Source: an uncultured Verrucomicrobiota bacterium
GTDB lineage: Bacteria; Verrucomicrobiota; Verrucomicrobiia; Limisphaerales; UBA9464
DNA: 64,000 nt
NCBI GenBank assembly: GCA_903907925.1
Contig: CAIVQB010000015.1
Coordinates: forward strand, 1,203 to 65,202
Direction of reading: 5' to 3'
This document shows positions 54,630-63,754 of this stretch, in pieces (the first letter of the stretch is position 1; every line of letters begins with the position of its first letter). Below the pieces are notes generated by a model. That model made no database searches, had not been told where the DNA came from, and saw only the letters and a list, made by a program, of their open reading frames with translations. The position numbers and the translations under genes are program-made.

Positions 54630-56384
54630 ATGCGCTGGACTCAAACGCTGATTCCCACCCTGAAAGAAATCCCGGCCGACGCCGAGATCGTCTCGCACCA
54701 ATTGCTGGTGCGGGCCGGGTTGGTTCGCAAGCTCGCCGGCGGCCTGTACACCTTCCTGCCGCTGGGTCTGCGAAGCCTTAACAAGGTGGCGCAGATCGTT
54801 CGCGAGGAGATGAACCGGGCCGGCGCCATCGAGGTGTCGATGCCCTGCCTCCAGCCGCCCGAAATTTGGCAGGCTTCGGGACGGTACGAGACGATGCGTG
54901 ATGCCTTGTGCAAGGTGAAGGATCGGGCCCACAAGGAATGGATCCTCGGCCCCACCCACGAGGAGGTCATCACTACGCTCGTCGCCGGTGAGCTGAATTC
55001 TTACAAGCAGTTCCCCAAGAACTTCTACCAGATCGGCATCAAGTTTCGCGACGAGATCCGTCCCCGGTTTGGCCTGATGCGGGCCAAGGAATTCATCATG
55101 AAGGATGCCTATTCCTTCGACACCACCGATGCCGGCGCGATGGCCAGTTACCAGAAGATGTACGATGCCTATGCCCGCATTTTCGCGCGGTCGGGCTTGA
55201 AGGCGTTCGCTGTGGAGGCCGACACCGGAGTCATTGGTGGAAACCATTCCCACGAATTCATGGTGCCCGCCGAGACGGGTGAGAATGACGTCGTTTATTG
55301 CGAGGCCTGCGGTTACGCGGCCAACATCGAAAAAGCGGTTAGTGGAATTCCCAAGACTGCGTCCCGCGAAATCGGTGCGGCTATTGAGACGTTCGCCACG
55401 CCCGGAGTGGTGACCATTGAAGCGTTGAGCAAGGCGCCCTACAGCGTTCCCGCGAATCGCCAGATCAAGACCCTGGTGTTTGTCGCGGACAGCGAACCGG
55501 TGATCATTTTGATCCGCGGAGACGACCAGTTGAACGAGACCAAGTTCATGGCCAAGACGGGCGCCATTGCTGTGCGTCCCGCCGATGCCAAGAATCCCGC
55601 CGACTTGGCCTATTTCACAGCGCTGGGTGCCATGCCGGGTTCACTCGGGGCCGTCCAAAACGTCCCGGCAGGCTGGAAGATCTACGCCGACGAGCGTTTG
55701 CAGGGCGCGAATGACATGACCACTGGCGCGAACCAGGATGGTTTCCACATCAAGAACGTCTCCATCGAGCGCGATATCAAGGTCACGGCGTGGATGGATG
55801 TTCGCACCGTCACCGCCGGCGAGCCCTGCCTGAAATGCGGCATGGCGTTGAAGATCCGGCGCGCGATCGAAGTGGGCCATGTCTTTAAGCTCGGCACCAA
55901 GTACAGCGTGCCCCTCAACGCCACCTTCCTCGACGAAACCGGCCAACGCCTGCCGGCGGTCATGGGATGCTACGGAATCGGCGTGACCCGTACCCTTCAG
56001 GCGGTGATCGAACAGAGCCACGACAAGGATGGCATCGTCTGGCCTCTCACCGTCGCCCCGTACCAGGTTTGCCTGACGCCGCTGTCGGTCGCCGCAGGCA
56101 GCCCTCCGATGGTGTTGGCCGAGCAATTATACGCCGAACTCACCGCCGCGGGCATCGAGGTCCTGATCGACGACCGCGATGAACGTCCCGGGGTGAAATT
56201 CAAGGACAGCGAACTGGTCGGATTCCCGCTGCGAGTGGGCATTGGGGAGAAGTCCCTCGCAAAGGGTGAGGTCGAAATGAAACCCCGTGCGGGTGCAATC
56301 CAGGCCGTAAAGGTGGAGTCGGCCGCCGCCGCCGTCATCGAATGGGTTCGGACCGAACACGCCCGCTTGAACGCCGCCGCCTAG
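54630..56384 (+). CDS. proS: prolyl-tRNA synthetase (bacterial type with editing insertion)
   Basis: ATG 54630. The N-terminus is MRWTQTLIPTLKEIPADAEIVSHQLLVRAGLVRKLAGGLYTFLPLG. Class II motifs and the anticodon-binding C-terminus are present. Confidence 0.95.
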   Translation: MRWTQTLIPTLKEIPADAEIVSHQLLVRAGLVRKLAGGLYTFLPLGLRSLNKVAQIVREEMNRAGAIEVSMPCLQPPEIWQASGRYETMRDALCKVKDRAHKEWILGPTHEEVITTLVAGELNSYKQFPKNFYQIGIKFRDEIRPRFGLMRAKEFIMKDAYSFDTTDAGAMASYQKMYDAYARIFARSGLKAFAVEADTGVIGGNHSHEFMVPAETGENDVVYCEACGYAANIEKAVSGIPKTASREIGAAIETFATPGVVTIEALSKAPYSVPANRQIKTLVFVADSEPVIILIRGDDQLNETKFMAKTGAIAVRPADAKNPADLAYFTALGAMPGSLGAVQNVPAGWKIYADERLQGANDMTTGANQDGFHIKNVSIERDIKVTAWMDVRTVTAGEPCLKCGMALKIRRAIEVGHVFKLGTKYSVPLNATFLDETGQRLPAVMGCYGIGVTRTLQAVIEQSHDKDGIVWPLTVAPYQVCLTPLSVAAGSPPMVLAEQLYAELTAAGIEVLIDDRDERPGVKFKDSELVGFPLRVGIGEKSLAKGEVEMKPRAGAIQAVKVESAAAAVIEWVRTEHARLNAAA

Positions 56385-56402
56385 ACGATTCGGTGGAACA
56401 AC

Positions 56403-56445
56403 AAAAAACCGCGCAGCTCAAATGGCTGCGCGGTTTTTGTTTTCT
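56403..56445. terminator. bidirectional intrinsic terminator after proS
   Basis: aaaaaaccgcgcagc-tcaaatg-gctgcgcggttttt-gtttt between convergent genes: an 11-bp stem with flanking A-run and T-run. Confidence 0.75.
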
Positions 56446-56477
56446 GAAATCAAACGCCGGAGTACGTCGTCGTCGGC

Positions 56478-57056
56478 TTACTTCGCACCCTGATCGATCC
56501 AGGCACGAACCAGACCCACCTGTTCCGTCGTCAGAGGCTCCGGCATCTTAAATCCACCGGGGCCGCCCGGACCACCAGGACCTCCGGGCCCGCCAGGTCC
56601 ACCGCCCGGACCACCCGGGGGACGCCCCCCTTCACCGCCGGGCCCGCCAGGAGGACGACCACCAGGTCCTCCGGGACCTCCGCCCGGTCCACCTGGGCCT
56701 CCACGACCGCCCGGACCACCGGGTTTGCGCTTCGGCGGCATGGCGGTGTCATCGTCAATCCGGGAGACGGCCAGCACCAGCGGGCTCTTCTTGCTGTCTT
56801 TGACTATCACGACCTTGCCGTCTTCACCGCCCTTGAGGACGGCTTCGAGGCTGTCGAGACGCAGGTCGCCCTTTTGCCGTTTTTCGCCGTGGCAGCCGGT
56901 GCAGGAAGCTTCGAACAACGGCTTGATGTCTTTTTCGAAGGTGACGTTCTTCTGCGTCGAAGGCGGCGGCAGCTTGCTGAGGTCGGGATCGGCCCAGGCC
57001 GAGACGGCCAGGCTGAAAGTGGCCGCAGCCACAACGAGTTGTGAAAGATGTTTCAT
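56478..57056 (-). CDS. planctomycete cytochrome c (PSCyt1) domain protein with an internal Gly/Pro-rich insertion
   Basis: Signal peptide, heme motif CTGCH, LRLDSLEAVLKGGEDG, and MPP...TTEQVGLVRAWIDQGA. About 60 aa of GGP/GPG repeats lie between MPP and the terminal helix. Confidence 0.8.
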   Translation of the reverse strand: MKHLSQLVVAAATFSLAVSAWADPDLSKLPPPSTQKNVTFEKDIKPLFEASCTGCHGEKRQKGDLRLDSLEAVLKGGEDGKVVIVKDSKKSPLVLAVSRIDDDTAMPPKRKPGGPGGRGGPGGPGGGPGGPGGRPPGGPGGEGGRPPGGPGGGPGGPGGPGGPGGPGGFKMPEPLTTEQVGLVRAWIDQGAK

Positions 57057-57155
57057 AGGATTCGGTTCAGTGAACTTCTGGAATTCGACCTACTGACCTT
57101 TCACCGTCGAATCCGGTTACAGCGGGGAACGAACCCTTGAGACGTGATCCAGACG

Positions 57156-57219
57156 GGACGAACGGAATGGACGGAATCCGAACCGATCCGACTCATTCAG
57201 TTCATTCGGTCCATTCCGT
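57156..57219. repeat. partial copy of the dispersed intergenic repeat, with an internal inverted repeat
   Basis: ttcattcggtccattccgt (57201-57219) matches 49974-49992 at 17/19. acggaatggac (57162-57172) is the inverted complement of 57209-57219. Confidence 0.55.
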
Positions 57220-57264
57220 CTCCATCAGGGAATCCACGTCAGACGCGCTCTGAGTGATTCCGGC

Positions 57265-57696
57265 TTACTTCTTCGTCTTGGTGTAGACGTCGGCACTGGG
57301 TTTCTGGTTTTCGCGCTCCTTGTCGAAGTTCTGGGCGACCGTCCAGGTGTCGTCACCCAGCATGTAAACCGATGTGCGGTCGTCGTTGATGGGATTGATG
57401 TCCGACTCCGACGAACCGCCCTTGATGTCGGTGAAATGGGCGACGTTGAAGGGGCCCGAGGTCTCGGTCTTCAGCGTGCCTTCGGCGTAGATCACCAAAT
57501 CGTCCGTGCCGCGGAGGATGCGGAACTGAAACTTCCCTTTTTTGACCTCGATGGTCTGGGTGTAGGACTGGCCGTCTGGGCCGGTCTTTTTGGTGGTCCA
57601 TTTGCCTTCCAGTCGGGCGAGATCATCGGCGAAACCGACGAAGGCGGTGGCGGCAAAAAAGGCGGCGACGGTGGTGGAGCGAATGAGTTTGTTCAT
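57265..57696 (-). CDS. secreted small beta-rich (lipocalin-like, TIGR03067-like) protein
   Basis: ATG 57696, signal peptide MNKLIRSTTVAAFFAATAFVGFA, then LEGKWTTKK...FQFRIL...YAEGTLK, typical of small PVC periplasmic beta-barrel proteins. Confidence 0.55.
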   Translation of the reverse strand: MNKLIRSTTVAAFFAATAFVGFADDLARLEGKWTTKKTGPDGQSYTQTIEVKKGKFQFRILRGTDDLVIYAEGTLKTETSGPFNVAHFTDIKGGSSESDINPINDDRTSVYMLGDDTWTVAQNFDKERENQKPSADVYTKTKK

Positions 57697-57895
57697 GCGT
57701 GGAGTGGTTGCCGGACACGGTAACGAAGGCCAATCGTTCCGCACGCGGTTTTTCTGTGACATCCCGTTCGGGATACTGGGAGCGCCGCCATCCTGTCGGC
57801 GAGTTGGTTTCAATTCCGTGAAAGCGGCCGCCGGGAACCTCCGGGCTGCCAGGATGGCGGCACTCCCAGTTGTCGGCAGAACGGATTGGTATGGA

Positions 57896-60079
57896 TCACT
57901 CCACCACGTACCAGCTCATCCCTTGCGCGGCCACCTGGACGCGAATCTCAGCGGACTGATCCTGATCGAGCTTGAGGCGCTTTCCCGCGGTTCCGTTTTC
58001 GAAGATCCGTGCTGAACCGGAAAGGCCGGTGTAGTGCAGGTTGACCCGAAGATTCCGGGTCACCCGTTGATCCAACGGATTGAACACCACCAGTAATCCC
58101 TTCTCTTTGAGTTTCGGATTCACGTGCAACATCCAGTCGAGATCCCGCGCGTCGGCGCGTCGGCCGTGGATGAGATCGCTTTCCAGGATGTCGCGGTGGG
58201 CCTTGAACCAGTCGACCTCCGACTTGACCAGCAACCGGGTGCGATCGGTGTCGAACAGGCGCGGACCGCGGTAGCAGGCCTGCACGCCGAGCGCCAGATT
58301 GCTCTCGATCATGCGTTGATAGTGATTCAGGTGCTCGCTCAACGGCTCAATGGTGGCCGCCGCGCCGCCGCCCTGATATTCGGTCAGCGGCACGAACATC
58401 CATCCCATGCTCGGCAGCTTTTCCCAGGTGCCGTCGTAGATGTTCTGCCGGGTGTGGATGACCTGCTGTTCGCGGGGCAACGACCAGTTCTCCTCCCGGT
58501 ATCCCATGCCGCTCTTGGTCGAGCCGGAAAGAAAGTAGTGATCCGGAACGTTGAGGTAGAATCCCTGGGCGCGGCACCACTTGTAGAAATCGGTGATCTC
58601 CCGCCACTGGGTCCATCGTGAATCCGCCAGGCCGGTGTGGCCCGGATGCTGGTCGCTGTCGCAGACGTCGCCGGGATAGGAGCCGTCGTGTTCCAGCAGG
58701 GTGAAACCGCTGTCGCGATGGAATTCGTAGAGCCGACGGAAGTAATTTGTACCCCAACGGCTGACCAGGCAGGGCGAGTTGCCGAAGATCGGTTTTTCCC
58801 CGGGGGGCATCACCACATCGTTGCCACCGCCGACGCTGCGGGAGGCCAGCAGCGAATAGGAGCCGATCTCAATACCCTTGGAATGGGCGTACGCCGAAAA
58901 ACTGCGCGCCTTGGCGAGAGTCGCAGGATTCTCGTTCTCCAGGTCGAAACCGCTTCCGAAGCTCAGGATCAACATCTCGAAACCCACCGCGGCGCATTGA
59001 TCGATGGCGTTGGTCACCGCCTGACCCTTTGAGGACACCAGATGCAACATCAGGGGATTCTCCGTCGTCCACGGGGCGATGACGCGGTACATCCGGCGCA
59101 TCGACAGGCCGCAGCGTTCGCGATCGAAACTATCGTAAGGCAGCACCCACGCCCGGAAGGATTCGAAGACCGCGCCCGGCGCCACGGCCTGAGCCGGGCC
59201 GATGTCGGGACCGACGTCCAGCAGGCACGGGGTCTTCCGCTCGTAGTTGACCTGGGTGCGGAAGTCCGGATCCGATAGCCAGCGGTAGGAACGACGATTC
59301 GCCCCCGCGGCCATCATTCCGCCGAAGGCCATGTCGGTCTCGACGTGCAGATTGGGCGGGTTGCGTCCGTCGCTGAGTTCATCCACCTCGGCCGTGCGTT
59401 CCACTACCGCCAGCACTTCGCTGGAGAACCGATCAACGTGCACGACGTGATCGGTGGTGTTGGAGACGGTGATCCATTTGCTGTAGCACGGCAGGCCGTC
59501 GTACAACTCGTAGTTCACCGAGACTCGAATCCCCGCTGCGGCACCGGCATTCGTTCCTGCGGGGGCTGCGAAATCGAGTCGCAAGGTCACTCCTGCCGGC
59601 GGCCATTTCACGTCGGGTCCATGATGCCGGGTTTGTTTCCAGGCCAATCGTTCCAACGGCTTGCCGATCGCGTAGCCCGTGAATCGGAAGCCCGCGGGAT
59701 CGGCCCGGAGCGCCCCGATCCATTCCGGACGAAGGAAGGCGTAATTCGGTTGCCCCTTGAGCCCGCCGATCTCAAAGCGGTGTCCGTCAATCTCGACCAG
59801 CGCCTCCGGCTTTACCCCGCGAAGCAGGGATTCGCCAGTCACGAGATTGTCGAGCGCCACCGTCGCGGCATTTGGCGTCAGGCGGATGACGCGGCGGATC
59901 AGTCCGTTGTTGAGTTCCACTTCGCTGCCATCCGCGTGGGTGACGACGCGTGCCGTAAATGAAGACGGATCGACGAGCCAATCTGTCGGGGGCAGGGCCG
60001 ACGCCGTGAAGGTCGACGCGCCCACAACGACTCCGACGAGTGTGAAAAAGGCCGATTTGAGAGTGCGGAAACGTGTCAT
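57896..60079 (-). CDS. secreted putative glycoside hydrolase (alpha-galactosidase-like TIM-barrel)
   Basis: ATG 60079 and a signal peptide. A central (beta/alpha)8-like region (GFEMLILSFGSGFD..HSKGIEIGSY..LLEHDGSYPGDVC..GFYLNVPD). The family assignment is tentative. Confidence 0.7.
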   Translation of the reverse strand: MTRFRTLKSAFFTLVGVVVGASTFTASALPPTDWLVDPSSFTARVVTHADGSEVELNNGLIRRVIRLTPNAATVALDNLVTGESLLRGVKPEALVEIDGHRFEIGGLKGQPNYAFLRPEWIGALRADPAGFRFTGYAIGKPLERLAWKQTRHHGPDVKWPPAGVTLRLDFAAPAGTNAGAAAGIRVSVNYELYDGLPCYSKWITVSNTTDHVVHVDRFSSEVLAVVERTAEVDELSDGRNPPNLHVETDMAFGGMMAAGANRRSYRWLSDPDFRTQVNYERKTPCLLDVGPDIGPAQAVAPGAVFESFRAWVLPYDSFDRERCGLSMRRMYRVIAPWTTENPLMLHLVSSKGQAVTNAIDQCAAVGFEMLILSFGSGFDLENENPATLAKARSFSAYAHSKGIEIGSYSLLASRSVGGGNDVVMPPGEKPIFGNSPCLVSRWGTNYFRRLYEFHRDSGFTLLEHDGSYPGDVCDSDQHPGHTGLADSRWTQWREITDFYKWCRAQGFYLNVPDHYFLSGSTKSGMGYREENWSLPREQQVIHTRQNIYDGTWEKLPSMGWMFVPLTEYQGGGAAATIEPLSEHLNHYQRMIESNLALGVQACYRGPRLFDTDRTRLLVKSEVDWFKAHRDILESDLIHGRRADARDLDWMLHVNPKLKEKGLLVVFNPLDQRVTRNLRVNLHYTGLSGSARIFENGTAGKRLKLDQDQSAEIRVQVAAQGMSWYVVE

Positions 60080-60232
60080 CGGGAAAGGCGGAATCGCGTG
60101 CAACGGCTCATCCGTTCACGCGAGCGGGACGATGGTGTGGACTTCTCCGGGGAGTGTCCACGGTGGGAAACGGGAATCGCCCTTCTGCCAGCCGCATCCT
60201 TCAATGCTGATCGAGGGGAGAGACTGTGCCGA

Positions 60233-61834
60233 TCAATGCACCACTGCCTGTGGTTGATCCGAGGTATCCTTGAACCCCGTTTTCAGGCGGTTCAATTCGG
60301 CTTTCAAACGGTCGACGGTGGCGGCGTACGAGGGATCGGAGTACACGCTTCGCATCTGCTGCGGATCCTTCTTCAGGTCGTAGAGCTCCCATTCGTCGGT
60401 CACGTAGAAGTGGACGAGTGTGTAGCGTTCGGTGCGGATTCCGTAGTGCCGGGGGACGCCGTGATCGGGATCGTAGTAGTGATAGTACACGCTGTGACGC
60501 CAGTCGGTCGGCGTCTGGCCGCGCAGGATCGGAACCAACGACCGGCCGTGCAACCCGTCTGGCGTGTGTCCGCCGGCGATCTCCACGAAGGTCGACGCAT
60601 AGTCGATGTTCTGAACCATGGGCGTGAATCGCGTGCCCGGCTTCACCACGCCCGGCCAGCTCACGATCAAGGGCATGTGAATCGATTCCTCGTAGATCCA
60701 GCGCTTGTCGAACCATCCATGCTCGCCGTTGTAGAATCCCTGATCCGAGGCGTAGATCACGACGGTGTCCTTCTCCAACCCCTCGGCCTTCAGCTCCTCC
60801 ATCAAACGGCCGAGGCTGTCGTCGACGCCTTTGATGCAGCGGAGATAGTCCTTCATGTATTCCTGATACTTCCAGCGGGTCAGCTCACGGCCGGTGAGAT
60901 GCGCCTTCCGAAAGGCATCGTTGCGGGCGGCGAAGGCGGCACTCCATTCGGCCCGCTCGGCGTCGCTCATCCGGTTGAACTCCTCGCCCCATTTTCCCGG
61001 CTCCACAACCTTGAGATCGGTGGTCAGGTTCATGATCTTGCCGATCTCCATCTTCTGGTTGTGAGCCGGCGAAGCGCGCCCAGAGTAATCGTCGAACAGC
61101 GTGTCCGGTTCCGGAATGGTGACGTTCGCCAACCAGTGGTAGTAGCGGGGCGGGGGCATCCAGATCCGGTGCGGCGCCTTGTGATAGACCATCAACATGA
61201 ACGGCTTGGCCGGGTCCCGGTGTTTCAACCAGTCGACGCTCAGGTCAGTGATGATGTCGCTCGCGTAGCCGATGTGTTTTTCCCGGCCGGCCGGCCCGAT
61301 GAACTCCGGATGCCAGTAGGTTCCCTGACCATCGAGCAATCGCCAGAAATCGGTGTTTGCCGGGGTGGTGTCCAGATGCCATTTGCCAATCACCGCGGTC
61401 TGATACCCCGCCTCGCGCAATGCGGTTGGGAAGGTCCAGATCCCTTCGCGAATCGGTTTGCTCAGGGTCATCACTCCGTTGGCATGACTGTGTAATCCGG
61501 TGAGAACGGTGGCCCGACTCGGCGAGCATAGCGAATTGCCGCAGAAACTGTTCACGAACAATCCACCGCGGGCGGCGAGGCGATCGATGTTCGGCGTCAC
61601 CTGCTGCCGGCGACAGAATTCCGAAAGCCGTCCGCCATACGCCCCAATCGTCTGCAACGAATGATCATCGCTGAAAACGAAGACGATGTTGGGATGCGAC
61701 CGAGGCGTTTCCGCGGCACCGCATTTGAGCGCCAGCAACCCGAGCAGGAGCCAGCAAAGGCCGGTGATTCCGGAACTCCGACGAAGACGTTGGGTCTCGG
61801 AGCTCATTGCTGAATCCGTTCGAAATGGGTTCAT
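60233..61834 (-). CDS. sulfatase (formylglycine-dependent arylsulfatase family)
   Basis: PNIVFVFSDDH and the CSPSRATVLTG sulfatase signature (Cys to be converted to FGly). The start is ATG 61834 or 61807. Confidence 0.9.
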   Translation of the reverse strand: MNPFRTDSAMSSETQRLRRSSGITGLCWLLLGLLALKCGAAETPRSHPNIVFVFSDDHSLQTIGAYGGRLSEFCRRQQVTPNIDRLAARGGLFVNSFCGNSLCSPSRATVLTGLHSHANGVMTLSKPIREGIWTFPTALREAGYQTAVIGKWHLDTTPANTDFWRLLDGQGTYWHPEFIGPAGREKHIGYASDIITDLSVDWLKHRDPAKPFMLMVYHKAPHRIWMPPPRYYHWLANVTIPEPDTLFDDYSGRASPAHNQKMEIGKIMNLTTDLKVVEPGKWGEEFNRMSDAERAEWSAAFAARNDAFRKAHLTGRELTRWKYQEYMKDYLRCIKGVDDSLGRLMEELKAEGLEKDTVVIYASDQGFYNGEHGWFDKRWIYEESIHMPLIVSWPGVVKPGTRFTPMVQNIDYASTFVEIAGGHTPDGLHGRSLVPILRGQTPTDWRHSVYYHYYDPDHGVPRHYGIRTERYTLVHFYVTDEWELYDLKKDPQQMRSVYSDPSYAATVDRLKAELNRLKTGFKDTSDQPQAVVH

Positions 61835-61924
61835 CGGTGGTGGCGTCAGTTTAGGCACTCTCGAGCGTCCCGTGCAATCCCTGCACCAGTGCGCGGATTT
61901 GCATCGAATGTCACCTCACGCCGT

Positions 61925-61955
61925 CCCTCTCCTCCATTCGGAATGGAGGAGAGGG
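61925..61955. repeat. 31-bp perfect palindrome (15+1+15)
   Basis: ccctctcctccattc-g-gaatggaggagaggg, read directly. It lies at the transition from the high-GC core to the AT-richer segment. Confidence 0.85.
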
Positions 61956-62224
61956 TGGGTGAGGAGGTGCGCCCCGTCGAGATGGCGGAAGATCGGCACC
62001 AAACCATAGCGAATGATCACAAGTTCATGATCACCGTCGGGTTCCAAGATCAAATCAAGTCGACGGCCGGTTGCGTTCCACACCTTGAAGAACGGCCCGG
62101 ATCGTGGATTGTAGCCCGGTGACCGGAGGATCTCCCGTACGCTCTGCATGGGTTGGCGGTTCTTCCTGAGGTGGCAGGTCTGTCGATGATCAACGTGATT
62201 CATTCCGAATAGGAGAAACGCCAA

Positions 62225-63286
62225 ATGCCTAGAATTGGACTCAAATGCATTACCGCACTGATGTTGTGTGCCCTTCCTTTTCTGAATTCTACTCGGGGTG
62301 ACTCGCTCCAAACCCTCGATTGCGTCAACTACAAGACTGGGCTGGTTGTGCATTTGAATGCAGTGGGAAACACATCCAAACAAGGCGGCGAAATCCTTGT
62401 GATCCCTGCCTCCAGTGATCGGCCTCGATGGATTGGTCGAAGACCGATGCTCCTGGTTGAAGGCCCGACGGGGTTGATCGGCTTGTACGCTCGATATGGA
62501 AGGATTGGAGTTGTCGAATCGAAACCTGAAGAGATCGAGTTTCGAAATCTGAGTGATGAGGATGCTGTAAAACGATTTAGAGAACGGAGTTTGCGGCGGG
62601 ACTTTGATCGTGTGCTGGATCTATTAGATCTGATCGCCTTTAGATTTCCAGACCTGGCCGAGAGGAGCGATCCGGTTGATGAATTTAACCTGATGACCCT
62701 GATTCCCGATCCGAGCGGCCCGAAGATCCGAATCACTTCGAAAAAGAGCGTGCTCGATGTCGTTGTTTCCCTGACGGAGAATCTCCAATTGCGGTCGACG
62801 GTGGTGAACGGCGAGCCGATCCCAATTTTTGTTCCGGGTTTTAAGGATACGACTGAATCGGAAAATGATCAAAGATGGTCGCAGACACAGGTGATGTTGA
62901 TTCCAAGTGAGACCGGCAGAGTGTTTGGACCGGAGGATTATCTTCGAAGCCGAGCGAGTGGATCGGCCGTGAAGGGCTATGAGGGAATCTGTAGATCGAG
63001 CCGGCTGTATGGCTCAACCGCTGGAGATCGGGCTGTGGACGTGATGCAGATCTACGTCTCTGATCTCAATCTGGTGTGGACAGGCGAGTTTACGAGCTTC
63101 GTTTGTGTCTTTAATCGTAAAATCTGCGGCGTTTACGATCGCGGCAATGGTTCGATCGAAATTATTGATAATTCCCTGCCTATCGCAGGTGCGTTTTCGG
63201 AAGGTGGGCAGTTGGAGTCGATTCGCAGGGCCTACGCAGCGAATGGGAAAGCACCTCCTGGTGTATTGCAGCAGGCAGGTATCTGA
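62225..63286 (+). CDS. secreted hypothetical protein (island cargo)
   Basis: AGGAG lies 9 nt upstream of the ATG. Signal peptide MPRIGLKCITALMLCALPFLNS. AT-richer codon usage and no recognisable domain. Confidence 0.55.
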   Translation: MPRIGLKCITALMLCALPFLNSTRGDSLQTLDCVNYKTGLVVHLNAVGNTSKQGGEILVIPASSDRPRWIGRRPMLLVEGPTGLIGLYARYGRIGVVESKPEEIEFRNLSDEDAVKRFRERSLRRDFDRVLDLLDLIAFRFPDLAERSDPVDEFNLMTLIPDPSGPKIRITSKKSVLDVVVSLTENLQLRSTVVNGEPIPIFVPGFKDTTESENDQRWSQTQVMLIPSETGRVFGPEDYLRSRASGSAVKGYEGICRSSRLYGSTAGDRAVDVMQIYVSDLNLVWTGEFTSFVCVFNRKICGVYDRGNGSIEIIDNSLPIAGAFSEGGQLESIRRAYAANGKAPPGVLQQAGI

Positions 63287-63364
63287 TCTGGTACAGGTCC
63301 CAGAAACAAAAAGGCCGCCAACCCTTGCGGATCGACGGCCGTGATGGCGGCAATACAACTACCC

Positions 63365-63559
63365 TCAGTTGATGCCCAATCTGCTGAACGCCTCAATGGA
63401 GGCGACGCTAATAAGTTTGTGACGCAGGTACGGGGAGGCCTTGAGGAGGTTGCGCTCCAAGAGTCGGTATACCGATTTGGTGCTCACTCTCAGTACGCCT
63501 GCGGTCTGCTTGGCAGACAGGAACAAGGGTTTAAGCGGTGCTGTGTCGTTTTGATCCAT
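63365..63559 (-). CDS. AlpA/excisionase-like helix-turn-helix DNA-binding protein
   Basis: ATG 63559 gives 64 aa. LSAKQTAGVLRVSTKSVYRLLERNLL is a MerR/Xis-type HTH. The gene is adjacent to the integrase. Confidence 0.65.
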   Translation of the reverse strand: MDQNDTAPLKPLFLSAKQTAGVLRVSTKSVYRLLERNLLKASPYLRHKLISVASIEAFSRLGIN

Positions 63560-63754
63560 AGTTGTTTCATGTTGCCGGTGCCTTAACTGAGCTGCCTCAC
63601 AGAAGCGGCAAGGCGCCGGGTTCAACTACTACATCGCAATCGAAGTCCAATTCCGTACAAGAATTGTGGGAGGGGCAGGCCTGCGGTCGTTTCTGTCGGT
63701 CTGGGGCAGGGACACGCAGGTGCACGGAGCACCGTCTGGAAATGGAAATCCAAC

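Noticed and set aside
61916-62149. 78-aa minus-strand ORF (MQSVREILRSPGYN...DGDHELVIIRYGL...) with a faint resemblance to the C-terminus of RelE/ParE toxins.
   Set aside because: The resemblance is limited to a few residues. No antitoxin ORF lies upstream, and the ORF ends inside the 31-bp palindrome. It is too weak to call and may be a gene remnant at the island junction.
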